Positions 11,141-22,959 of a DNA stretch of 64,000 nucleotides are shown here, piece by piece. Numbering within the stretch: position 1 is the first letter of the stretch; every line of letters begins with the position of its first letter. The DNA is from Mobula hypostoma (taxonomy: Eukaryota): assembly GCF_963921235.1 (NCBI RefSeq), contig NC_086097.1, positions 202,308,001-202,372,000 on the forward strand. The letters run 5' to 3'. Made by a program: the position numbers and the translations under genes. The notes beneath the pieces were generated by a model that worked only from the letters and a program-made list of their open reading frames with translations, did no database searches and was not told where the DNA came from.

Positions 11141-14100
11141 TTTTCAACAGAACACAACTGGACAATTTTTTTTACATTGGTGGGTAGACAAGTATTCCAA
11201 TTGTACTGGAACTGTTTCAGTTGAAGCACAGATAGTTCTGGAGCTCAGATCCTTAGTATTACAGTGGGAATGTTGTCTGGTCTCATAACCTTTGATATAT
11301 GCAATGTTCTCAGCTATTTGATTATATGATATGGAATAAATTGATTTGGCCAGAGACGGGCTTTTGTGATGGTAGGATCCCAGAAGGAAGCCAGAATGGA
11401 TCATTTGTTTAAACTGTAGGTATTTGAGGATGCTTCAAATTTGTTCTTTGCACTTAGATGGACCCTGGAGTCATTCAGGATGAAGAGATGTTCATGGAGT
11501 CCACTCCACCTATTAGCATTAGAAAACTGAATACAGTACTTCTGGTTTGTAACAGTATTGTCTGCTTTTTGTAAAATTTCCATTCCACATTTGATTTATT
11601 TTCTTCCTGTTTCTCACTTCTATTGTAAAAAGAAATTGCATTTGTCAGCAACATTCACATATTATACTGTAAACTGAAGTAATGTCAACAATTAGGGACA
11701 TAGGGAAGCCAATAACAGAGAAAAGTACATTAACATATATAGTAAATAAACAAATTAACTTGAATAATTAATAAATATGATGTATTTGGTGGTCAATAGG
11801 AGAGGCCAAAAATCAGTGTTTCAAAGAAAGCTTCAATGCAGTGAAGAAAAACAAATCTAAGCGAGCAGAAATGCCTTTGGGAGAGAGAAAAACACAACTG
11901 ATGTCCTGCCAAATATTTTCTTTGTCTGACAATATTTATAGGCTGTAGAAAATTGAAGTGTAGTATTTTAGGAATGTTAATTGTGATGAATGTTTTGATA
12001 ATCATGTGTATCTTTCAGATCCCTGAGTGTAATGGAGTGAAACACAACCTCGTATAATCTTCAGTTTAACATGTGTAACACCAGGCAGTGGTTAACCAAC
12101 AGAAAGAGAAAGACTTTTTTTAATTGAAGTTTTGGTTTTTAAACTTTCAAGGTTGTCTTTAATTACGGGGAAGTATAACCAGTTTATTTTTGGGGAGGTT
12201 GGAAGATGCAGAGGAAAAAAATATCAAATGAAATAAATGACAAAAAATTGGTTTAAGTGTTATTGAGAGCAAAGTCAGTAAACATAAAGAAAATTAAATC
12301 TAAATAACATAATCTTTAAAAAGAATAACGTGATTACCTGATGTAGACAATGGATGCAAAAGGTGAAAATATTTTCTGATTAATGTTACTTAAATAAAAA
12401 GAACAAAAAGTAGAAATAGTAGTTGGAAGAAGCATAATGCTTCTTAACATGAAGCTAATAATTATCAATCAACAGTTTGAAAAGAACATCTGTTACTTAT
12501 CGGATGTGCCTGAGGAGAACCGAGAAAGTGTGCAAAATCTTTGAAATTCTGTTGGTTTATTGCCTGATTTCTATATTTAGCTTTCTTATATATGCTTTTT
12601 GTATCAACAGCCGTAACATACACATTTATAAACTCTGGCGAAAGAACATGCAGTGTGGTGAGTTAATGTTCAGGGGTCATAAGGAAGTTTAAAAGAATTT
12701 ATTTAAGATTATTCATGGACTGTACACAATATAAATATAATCAAATATGCCATAGTGGATATCACAGTATTTAGACGTAACGCTGTTAACCCATTTAAAA
12801 GAATGAAACTAATTTAGTAACATTTACAGATATAACTGATTAACTGGGCTTCAGTTTGTAACAATTTTTTAAAATTATTCCTTGTTCTTTTCTGATTCAG
12901 CAACAAGAGGTTTTCATAAACAAAGAAGGCACTGTGTACGTGTTCAAGGTTATGAGAAATTACTTTATCAGAGTTAATAAAGAGTAAATACAGAAAGAAA
13001 TTAAAAAACAGTTAATAAAGTGGTGAAAGAGACAGAATAATATTTATCAGCCAATCACTAAGCTACACCGCACAATATACTGCTGGAGGGAACCACAAGT
13101 GTCTTGACTGCTTTTCCAGTTAATCTCCCTCCCTCTCACTTTCTTAGCACTAGTTGCAACCCAGCCTAGGAGAAGATTCCTCCTTGCACAAAGGAATTGC
13201 CCTTTTTTTTATACACTTTAAGATCCTTTACTCGAAAACTTCCCCAGACAAACATTGTCTACTTTCAATGTGATAGACTGGTGCTCACGCGAAGTTCTCA
13301 AATATTTATTTATTTTACATTTATTTATTTATTTGGGGACATGGTGTGGAATAGGCAGCGCCATGCAGAATTCCAGACTAACACCGTTTTGTCTTACACA
13401 CTTCTGTATATACCAAGGAGGAATAAAATTTAACTCTTTCTTTACTCTCCAACCCTCGATTCCTCATTGGGACCTACACAAAGGAACAGTAAAATAATAT
13501 ATTAAAACAAGTATAAATAATAAACACTGGGATTACTAAAGTAATAAACACCAGGATTACTGTAAAGCAAGTTCCATATGGGTAATAAATCATACGGTAT
13601 AGTGGAGTCCTGGCACTGCAATTGTCTAACTCTTGCTTATGATAGTAAGCTAAAGTAAACTGCACTACATACACAAGTAATGTTACAATTACAGGATGTG
13701 ATATGATCCTCAGCCAGGGCTATTTTTGAACATTTGTTCCCCCCATCATTTGCTTTATTTTGAGTAATGTGACCAGATTTGCAGTTTATCAGTCAGATTC
13801 TATGAATGTGCTGGGAGGTTATAGCTTTGTAGAACATCTCCTTCTTCCATGGTAAATTATCGTGTGTACTTCCCCCACATCCAGACGACTCTCTGCTTGA
13901 AGGAAAACTCAAATTGCTGATAGAAATAGTTGCAGCGCTGTCATTCCACCTGAAACAGAAAAGCATCTGTTAGTATCAGTTTTGCAGATATTTCAAGATT
14001 ACCCTCTTTTTATCAATCTTTTCCTTGTTTAAATACACCAGATGGTCTTATCCTTGTACTGATACCCAGTAAGTGTTCCAGTCTCTTTTTGCTACAATTT

Positions 14101-14205
14101 CACAATAAATGCCTTTGCTGGCAGCCGGGTCTTTCATGTTTTATCCTGAGAAATGAAGCACATTATTCAATTGTATTCCTTACGGGTAACCATAACAATC
14201 AACTT

Positions 14206-14310
14206 ATGCTCACTGTGGTTGACACTTGTTTGGGTCTTCTGATGGCAATTCCTTGCACAAAATCTGATCAGGTTAATACTCTGAAGGGATTGCAGAAGTT
14301 ATTTCTTCTT
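14206..14310 (+). pseudogene. Possible retroviral-type integrase core fragment
   Basis: Peptide LTVVDTCLGLLMAIPCTKSDQVNTLKGL resembles the L-T-x-V-D-T-x-S-G-L-L-x-A-x-P segment of retroviral integrases; short and unverified. Confidence 0.35.
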
Positions 14311-14983
14311 CAACAATTGTTGGTCTCACTTCAGGAACATAATCAAACTAGCAATGGTCCTCTTTGTTCTTTAGAGTTTCTTTTGCAGAGGACAAGTGAA
14401 AAACATGGACCTTGATGAGTCTCCTACCAGATCTAATCAGTTAGCCTTGAAACATCTCTCCCTATGTTCTCATTTCTGACCTGACCAATGAGTTGAGCAC
14501 ACAAACCTCATCATGTAGTCAGAACCTCCTCTCTTTATAGCATATGTTGTTGTGTTCGTTTTTTTCCCCCTTTCTTCTATCTTTCCTTTTAAGTTTGGCT
14601 GAACCACACTCAGACGTGTCCTGAGCTATCTGCTGTATGCTTCAGTGTTACTGCTAAAATATATCCTGTATACTTTGTGACAAAATGCACTGTCAGTCAG
14701 TAGCTTGGAAGAAAATCTGCAGGGTAGTGCTTTGTTGTTTGATTTATCCTCCATGTCCTATTTTCTTGATGCTTCTTTCATAGTATCTCTCAGTTTCTCT
14801 GTTTGAGCTGAGTAACAAGGTGCTGTGCAGCCCTACTGATCCTGCTTTGTTTCATTAACTGTTCAAATTCAAATGATCAAAGTCACCAAATGCCAAAGTC
14901 AGTGGTACAATTCTGTCAGGAAGACCGTATGTTATGAACATGGATCAGTATTTTGCTTCAGTGCATTCAAAAGTGGCATATGA

Positions 14984-15558
14984 GTAGTAGGCAGCTGCGA
15001 TCCCAGGGGGTCATGGGTTTGCGTCTCTGGTGGATTGTGTCCTCTCCAGGGCACAAACCTGGATGGGAAGATTTGAAGAACCGGCCGTTGCCCATGCAGC
15101 GGGATCATGCTCTCCACGTCACTGATGTAGTCCAAGGGAAGGGCAAGTGCTGATACAGCTTGGCACCAGTGCCGTCGCAGAGGTTGCCAGAGTGAAATTG
15201 TAAACAACATCAAACTGCCTTAGGGACCCAGGCTTCAGATTTTGTCCTCGCGGTTTACTCCCGAAGCTTTTCCCATGGGTGGGTATGGCTGCAAGGCAGC
15301 GGAGGTTTAAAATCAGAATTTTCCTTCTCCTAGGCGGGCTGCCGTCCAAGGCTGACGAGTCCCACCTACCTGAAGCAACTGGTTTTGAGGCGCCAGTGGT
15401 CTTCCTTTGCCTATTTCTCGTCAGTAGAAATACAGTAGTTCCGCTGGGCCTAGTAGCTAAGCCACACGTGAAGGCCAAGAGTTGGACTTGGTTGTCAGAG
15501 GCTGTTAGAGTCACACGACATTTGGAGCACTTTATAGGTATGACAACCTTAGGAACTG
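14984..15558 (-). mobile_element. Short non-autonomous RTE-derived retroelement (575 bp) with 11-bp TSD
   Basis: TSD GTGGCATATGA at 14973-14983 and 15559-15569; short (CTA)n tail; RTE-5'UTR-like body (CTAGGAGAAGGAAAA motif); 3' half is similar to the SINE tails at 19309 and 46612. Confidence 0.72.
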
Positions 15559-15649
15559 GTGGCATATGATCTCACATCATTAACTGCATTGTAACCTCTC
15601 TCCATGGCTATCAAGGTTTGTAGTTGGTGCTACAATGAATAGTCTGCTC

Positions 15650-16700
15650 AAGGAGAATTCAAATCCCAGATTTGATTTTCAGTGCATCATAGTCCAACTG
15701 AGATAGATCCTCTTCCTCTTTGTTCGTTTGCATGACATTCCCTGGCCATTGTTCATAATGTGGCTTCTAACCACCCTTCCTTACTCCTTAAATTGAGACA
15801 TCATGAGCGAGTGTTGGTGTTCATGTGATATAGTACACATGGGGAAACTCACTGCTAAGACTATATTTTCTGCTGTTTGTTTGCTCATTGCTGTGATTCA
15901 TTCTTTTTCAGTAATTCGCATAACAAAGTTAGTACCACTGTGAAATTTAGCTGAAACTTGACATAGTTGAAATTCAGTGACATTCTCAGGCCAACATCTT
16001 CAACCTTTTCCTTTAAGTTGTAGAATATTTGCATCACCCAAGTAGAGGATACATTTACTGTTCTGCTGCATTAAGTTATGGTCACAAAGACTTCATAATA
16101 TTCTTTCAAATATAAAGAGATTTTCTTCTTCTGTGGCAGGCATGATTAAAATGTCATCTTGGTTGTATGCGTGGCAATGGGCCACCTTTAACATTTTGGC
16201 ATGGTTGGACTGAAATATCTTGGGTAAAGACTACGCCAAAACTCAGCTTGATACTTAAACAACACCCTTTATGAATACTAATTGTTTGCTGAGTTGCATT
16301 CATTGTCCATATCTAATTGTGCGACTGGTTCAACTTAGTAAAGACCTTGTCCCCTGCCAATTCAGGGAACACATTATGGGATCTGGGAAGAGGATATTGC
16401 TCATCATCCATAGTTCAGCTGAGGGTGACCTTATGGTCCTCAGAAAGCTGTGTAGTCGGTTTGTTTTGGGCATCACATCAGGAGGTGTCACTCACTCACT
16501 CTGTCTAATGCTTTGACCAATTTACCACATCATTTGAATTTGTTAAACCTCTCTCTACCATACGTGCTGAAGGCTTGGTATTAATGTAAGCTTCAGGAAA
16601 TTCATTTGATATTTGTCTGAATGTGTTTGCTAGCTTTGCGTCCATTAATGCCAGTCTATAAATCTTTGAATATTTCTGCATATTGCTCCAGAAACTTATC
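15650..16700 (-). mobile_element. Heavily decayed Gypsy pol (RT) fragment
   Basis: Minus-strand DEQYPLPR...ELAGDKVFTKL near 16330-16415, followed by LSFGV and DDILI remnants. Confidence 0.6.
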
Positions 16701-17188
16701 TGGATGTGTCATAATTATAGGGAGTATAGTGGTACCTTGGCCCACCAAGTCCACATTGACACCACCAACATGTTCACCTTTGAAACATGAGAAAAAGAAA
16801 CTAGAGCACCTGAAAGAAACCCATGCAGTTCTGGAGAATACACAAATTCCACAGAGATGTACCAGGTCAGAATTGAAGTTAGGTCACTTGAGCTATGAGG
16901 TAGCACCCTTTGTATTAATATGTCATTCATTTTGTTACAAAGTGCTCAAACTAAACACATTCTTCTAATCCACTTTTAATTCTTCGGGCTAATCTTTTCT
17001 TAAAAGAGTTTATCAATGTCATTCGGTCTTATGATATGTAGCTTCTTCCTTTGACCGTTAAAGAAACTTTGCATCATATCCAACCTCGGGGTTTCACTAA
17101 CTCAACAGAATAGAAACATAGAAACATGGAAAATAGGTGCAGAAGTAGGCCATTCGGCCCTTCGAGCCTGCACCGCCATTCAGTATGA

Positions 17189-20100
17189 TCATGGCTGATC
17201 ATCCAACTCAGAACCCTGTACCTGCCTTCTCTCCATACCCCCGATCCCTTTAGCCACAAGGGCCATATCTAACTCCCTCTTAAATATAGCCAATGAACTG
17301 GCCTCAACTGTTTCCCATGGCAGAGAATTCCACAGATTCACCACTCTCTGTGTGAAGAAGTTTTTCCTCATCTCAGTCCTAAAAGGCTTCCCCTTTATCT
17401 TCAAACTGTGACCCCTCGTTCTGGACTTCCCCAACATCGGGAGCAATCTTCCTGCATCTAGCCTGTCCAATCCCTTTAGGATTTTATACATTTCAATAAG
17501 ATCCCCCCTTAATCTTCTAAATTCCAGCGAGTACAAGCCTAGTCGATTCAGTCTTTCATCATATGAAAGTCCTGCCATCCCAGGAATCAATCTGGTGAAC
17601 CTTCTTTGTACTCCCTCTATGGCAAAAATGTCTTTCCTCAGATTAGGGGACCAAAACTGCGCACAATACTCCAGGTGTGGTCTCACCAAGGCCTTGTACA
17701 ACTGCAGTAGTACCTCCCTGCTCCTGTACTCAAATCCTCTTGCTATGAATGCCAGCATACCATTCGCCTTTTTCACCGCCTGCTGTACCTACATGCCCAC
17801 TTTCAATGATTGGTGTATAATGACACCCAGGTCTCGTTGCACCTCCCTTTTTCCTAATCAGCCACCATTCAGATAATAATCTGTTCTCCTGTTTTTGCCA
17901 CCAAAGTGGATAACCTCACATTTATCCACATTAAATTGCATCTGCCATGAATTTGCCCACTTACCTAACCTATCCAAGTCACCCTGCATCTTCTTAGCAT
18001 CCTCCTCACAGCTAACACTGCCGCCCAGCTTCGTGTCATCCGCAAATTTGGAAATGCTGCATTTAATTCCCTCAATTAAGTCATTAATATATATTGTAAA
18101 GAACTGGGGTCCCAGCACTGAGCCTTGCGGTACCCCACTAGTCACTGCCTGCCATTCTGAAAAGGTCCCATTTATTCCCACTCTTTGCTTCCTGTCTGCC
18201 AACCAATTCTCTATCCACATCAATACCATACCCCCAATACCGTGTGCTTTAAGTTTGCACACTAAAGTCCTGTGTGGGACCTTGTCAAAAGCCTTTTGAA
18301 AATCCAAATATACCACATCCACTGGTTGTCCCCTAGCCACTCTACTAGTTATATCCTCAAAAAAATTGTATGAGATTCGTCAGACATGATTTTCCTTTCA
18401 CAAATCCATGCTGAATTTGTCCAATGATTTCACCGCTTCCCAAATGTGCTGTTATCACATCTTTGATAACTGACTCTAGCAGTTTCCCCACCACCGATGT
18501 TAGGCTAACTGTTCTATAATTCCCTGGTTTCTCTCTCCCTCCTTTTTTAAAAAGTGGGGTTACATTAGCCACCCTCCAATCCTCAGGAACTAGTCCAGAA
18601 TCTAAAGAGTTTTGAAAAATTATCACTAATGCATCCACTATTTCTTGGGCTACTTCCTTAAGCACTCTGGGATGCAGACCATCTGGCCCTGGGGATTTAC
18701 CTGCCTTTAATCCCTTCAATTTACCTAACACCACTTCCCTACTAACATGTATTTCCCTCAGTTCCTCCATCTCACTAGACCCTCTGTCCCCTACTATTTC
18801 CGGGAAGATTATTTATGTCCTCCTTAGTGAAGACAGCACCAAAGTAGTTATTCAATTGGTCTGCCATGTCCTTGTTCCCCATGATCAGTTCACCTGTTTC
18901 TGACTGTAAGGGACCTACGTTTGTCTTAACCAATCTTTTTCTTTTCACATATCTATAAAAGCTTTTACAGTCAGTTTTTATGTTCTCTGCCAGTTTTCTC
19001 TCATAATCTTTTTTTCCTTTCCTAGTTAAGTCCTTTGTCCTCCTCTGCTGAACTCTGAATTTCTCCCAGTTCTCAGGTGAGCCGCTTTTTCTGGCTAATT
19101 TGTATGTTTCTTCTTTGGAATTGATACTATCCCTAATTTCCCTTGTCAGCCACGGGTGCACTACTTTCCTTGATTTATTCTTTTGCCAAACTGGGATGAA
19201 CAATTGCTGTAGTTCATCCATGTGATCTTTAAATGCTTGCCATTGCATATCCACCGTCAACCCTTTAAGTATCATTTGCCAGTCTATCTTAGCTAATTCA
19301 CGTCTCATTAAAGGCATTGGTTAGTCTTGCAAGACCATGGATCTGTGCCTGGAAAGTCTTCACTCTCCAGGGCGCAGGCCTAGGCAAGGTTGTATGGAAG
19401 ACCAGCAGTTGCCCATGCTGCAAGTCTCCCCTCTCCACAACACCAATGTTGTCCAAGGGAAGGGCATTAGGACCCATACAGCTTGGCACCAGTGTCGTCG
19501 CAGAGCAATGTGTGATTAAGTGCCTTGCTCAAGGACACAACACATTGCCTTGGCTGGGGCTCAAACTCACAACCTTCAGGTCGCTAGTCCAATGTCTTAA
19601 CCACTTGGCCACGTGCCCACTGTGTAATACTTTCAAAGTTACCCTTCTTTAAGTTCAGAACCTTTGTTTCTGAATTAACTATGTCACTCATCTTAATGAA
19701 GAATTCCACCATATTATGGTCACTGTTACCCAAGGGGTCTCTCACGACAAGATTGCTAATTAACCCTTCCTCATTGCTCAATACCCAGTCTAGAATGGCC
19801 TTCTCTCTAGTTGGTTCCTCGACATGTTGGTTCAGAAAACCATCCCGCATACATTCTAAGAAATCCTCTTCCTCAGCACCCTTACCAATTTGGTTCACCC
19901 GGTCTACATGTAGATTGAAGTCACCCATTATAACTGCAGTTCCTTTATTGCATGCATTTCTAATTTCCTGTTTAATGCCATCCCCAACCTCACTACTACT
20001 GTTAGGTGGCCTCTACATAACTCCCACTAGCGTTTTCTGCCCTTTAGTGTTATGCAGTTCTACCCATATCAATTCCACATCCTCCCAGCTAATGCCCTTC

Positions 20101-20462
20101 CTTTCTATTGCATTAATCTCCTCTCTTACCAGCAATGCTACCCCACTTCCTTTTCTTTCATGTCTCTCCCTCCTGAATATTGAATCTCCCTGAATGTTGA
20201 GCTCCCATCCTTGGTCACCCTGGAGCCACGTCTCTGTGATCCCAACTATATCATATTCATTAATAACAATCTGCACTTTTAATTCATCCACCTTGTTATG
20301 AATGCTCCTTGCATTGACACACAAAGCCTTCAGGCTTGCTTTTACAACACTCTTAGCCCTTATACAATTATGTTGAAAAGTGGCCCTTTTTGATTTTTGC
20401 CCTGAATTTGCCAGCCTGCCACTTTTACTTTTCACCTTACTACTTTTTGCCTCTACCCTCAT
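17189..20462 (-). pseudogene. CR1 ORF2 (APE endonuclease plus RT), broken by frameshifts and a SINE
   Basis: CVNARSI, GITETW, MGDFN, SDHN, YLDFQKAFDKVPH, GVPQGSVLGP, KFADDTK and LVRPHLEYC motifs. Confidence 0.93.
19309..19620 (-). mobile_element. tRNA-headed SINE with RTE-related tail, copy 1
   Basis: Minus strand: A box TGGCCAAGTGG, B-box-like GAGTTTGAGCC, central GTGTCCTTGAGCAAGGCACTTAA; highly similar to 46612-46933; interrupts CR1 ORF2. Confidence 0.88.
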
Positions 20463-20569
20463 TTTACACCCCTCTGTCTCTCTGCACTTGTTCCCATCCC
20501 CCGTTGTGAACTAACCTCCTCTCTCCTAGTCTATTTAATTTGATTCCCACCCCCCAACCATTCTAGTTT

Positions 20570-21509
20570 CAAGTCACCTCAGTAGCCTTCGCAAATCTCC
20601 CCGCCAGGATATTGGTCCCCCTAAGATTCAAGTGTAACCCGTCCTTTTTGTACAGGTCACACCTCCGCCAAAAGAGGTCCCAATGATCCAAAAACTTGAA
20701 TCCCTACCCCCTGCTCCAATCCCTCAGCCACGCATTTATCCTTCACCTCATTGCATTCCTACTCTCACTGTCGCGTAGCACAGGCAGTAATCCCGAGATT
20801 ACTACCTTTACAGTCCTTTTTTTCAACTCCCTTCCTAACTCCCTATATTCTCCTTTCAGGACCTCTCCCCTTTTACTACCTATGTCATTGGTACCTATAT
20901 GTACCACGACCTCTGGCTCCTCACCCTCCCACTTCAGAATATCTTGGACATGATCAGAAATATCCCGGACCCTGGCACCAGGGAGGCAAACTACCATCCG
21001 GGTCTCCGAACTGCGTCCACAGAATCGCCTATGTAACCGTCTTACTATCAAGTCCCCTATTACTACTGCCCTCCTCTTCCTTTCCCTACCCTTCTGAGCT
21101 ACAGGGCTGGACTCTGTGCTGGAGGCATGGCCACTGTCGCTTCCTCCAGGTAAGCTGTCCCCCCGTCCCCCCCCCCAACAGTACTCAAACAGGAGTACCT
21201 ATTGTCAAGGGGCACAGCCACTGCGGTACTCTCTATTACCTGACTCTTCCTCTTCCCCCTCCTAACCGTGACCCACTTGTCTGCCTCCCGTGGCCCCGGT
21301 GTGACCACCTGCCTGTAACTCCTCTCTATCAACTCCTCACTCTCCCTGACAAGACGAAGGTCATCAAGCTGCAGCTCCAGTTCCCTAACGCGGTCTCTTA
21401 GGAGCTGCATCTCGATGCACCTGGTGCAGATGTGGACATCTGGAAGGCTTGGAGACTCCACGACCTCCCACATCTGGCACTGAGAACAACAAGCTGCCCT
21501 CACACTCAT
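20570..21509 (-). pseudogene. CR1 ORF1: Cys-rich zinc finger, leucine zipper and SGNH esterase-like domain
   Basis: CSQC...CTRC, LLRDRVRELELQLDDL, VCLPGARV and VVVHIGTNDIG; frameshift at the C-run near 21160-21176. Confidence 0.88.
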
Positions 21510-22574
21510 ACTTCTCCTCTCCTCAAATAACAACAAAAAATAAATACCAAACCCTCTTTGCCTCGCCCGTTTCCGCCTAAGCCCGTTGAGCCGAAGCCCT
21601 TATGCCTTCACTCTGCTCCCGGCTCACTCCGCTGCCCACTGTATAAGGCTCTGTTCCTTTTAAATCTTCCGCACTTCACTGCCCGACGTCACATGCCTGT
21701 GCAGTCCTGCCTCTCTGAACGCCAATGAAAAAAAACCGAAAAATTCAAAAATGGCTTTCTCCACACTCCCGCTCCGATTCTCAGACTTACTTCTCTGAAT
21801 TAAACCCAAATAAGCTTTAATGTTCGATATACATTTTATTAGTGGTAAGTTACTGATTATCTTGATGTTCAGTCAAGCTGTCAGCAGCGTTATGTATACA
21901 TGTAATGATCAATTAAGTTTCACTTTAATTTTAAGCTTTCTTTGTTTTTTCATTATTTCTGGTTGTGACCTATATAATGTTTAATTTGAGTATATGGACA
22001 CCTGACACATTCAAAAAAATTGTTTTACTTCAGACAGTTTCAATCCTTTGCCATTCCACTCACGCGCTGATGAAATTTACTGTATATGCCCTGTCGTTTC
22101 TCAGCTCTGGCTTCAAAATTATGCAGATTATACTGGTTACGGGGAGGGGAGGGCTGTAAAAGATGTGTCTGATTTATTCAAGGTTCTTCTCTTGTCCAAA
22201 ATGATACACACATGGTCAAATACACATACTATTTTCTTTGTTTGTTTTGGATGACTGATGCTATCGTTTGGAAATAAAGACAGTGTTCTTCCCAGTAATG
22301 TCTTGATAATGGTTTAGCTAGAAACGGTATATCTAAGGTGAATATTGTGCTCTTGGAAAAGTACATATCTTTAGATTAAGCTACTGCATCAGTTTTATAA
22401 TGCAAAGTATGAAACTAACAACTGCTTCAAAAAAGTAATTGTTGATTATTATTATCTTTGAGGTAAGGTCATTCAAATCTCTGGCTGTCCTAATGCAGCA
22501 AATCCCTTCTATCCATCACGTCACTGCCTGGTTCTCAGTTAAGTAATACCTCTGTATTAAAATGCTTGATTATT

Positions 22575-22955
22575 AGAAACAGGCCCTTCAGCCCAAGTGA
22601 TGGATACTTATAAAGGTTCCCATCTAAGCAAGTCCCATTTTCTCACTTTGGCACATTTCCCTCCAAACCTTTCATATCCATCTACCTGAACAAATATCTT
22701 TTAAAATGTTCTTGATGTTTCTGCCTCAACCACTTTCTCTGGCACTCGTTACAAATATTAACCACTCTCTGGGTGAATAAATTGCTCTTCAGCTCCTTAT
22801 TAAATCTTTCTGCTGTCACCTTGAACCAGGGGTTCCCAGCCTGGGGTTCATGGACCTCTTGCTTAATGGTATTGGTTCATGGCATAAAATTGTTGGGAAC
22901 CCCTGCCTTAAGAATATGTCTCCTTGTTCTTCATGCCCCAACTCTGGGGAAAAAG
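22575..22955 (-). mobile_element. Old CR1 3' fragment hosting a hAT MITE
   Basis: Decayed CR1 3' UTR motifs (acaggcccttcagccca; ccactctctgggtgaa). Confidence 0.6.
22827..22905. mobile_element. 79-bp hAT-type MITE
   Basis: TIRs CAGGGGTTCCCA / TGGGAACCCCTG; degenerate 8-bp TSD CCTTGAAC / CCTTAAGA. Confidence 0.75.
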
Positions 22956-22959
22956 ACTA

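Larger units (their letters stand above)
17107..21795 (-). mobile_element. Nearly full-length CR1 LINE (5' UTR, ORF1, ORF2, 3' UTR, octamer tail), with a SINE inserted at 19309-19620
   Basis: Tail (AGAAACAT)n on the plus strand at about 17107-17130; long open segments of both ORFs; GC-rich 5' UTR at about 21540-21795. Confidence 0.95.

Noticed and set aside
13517..13568. Short tandem duplication (taataaacac..ggattact x2)
   Set aside because: Two imperfect units only; no sign of function.
16720..16900. Possible old SINE fragment
   Set aside because: Too decayed to set boundaries or family by eye.
17595..18299. Long antisense ORFs opposite CR1 RT (similarly 58990-59671 opposite RTE)
   Set aside because: Shadow frames of LINE ORF2 with no independent support.
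19545..19620. tRNA gene (also about 46860-46933)
   Set aside because: It is the tRNA-derived head of a SINE, fused to a body and tail, and one copy has a TSD.
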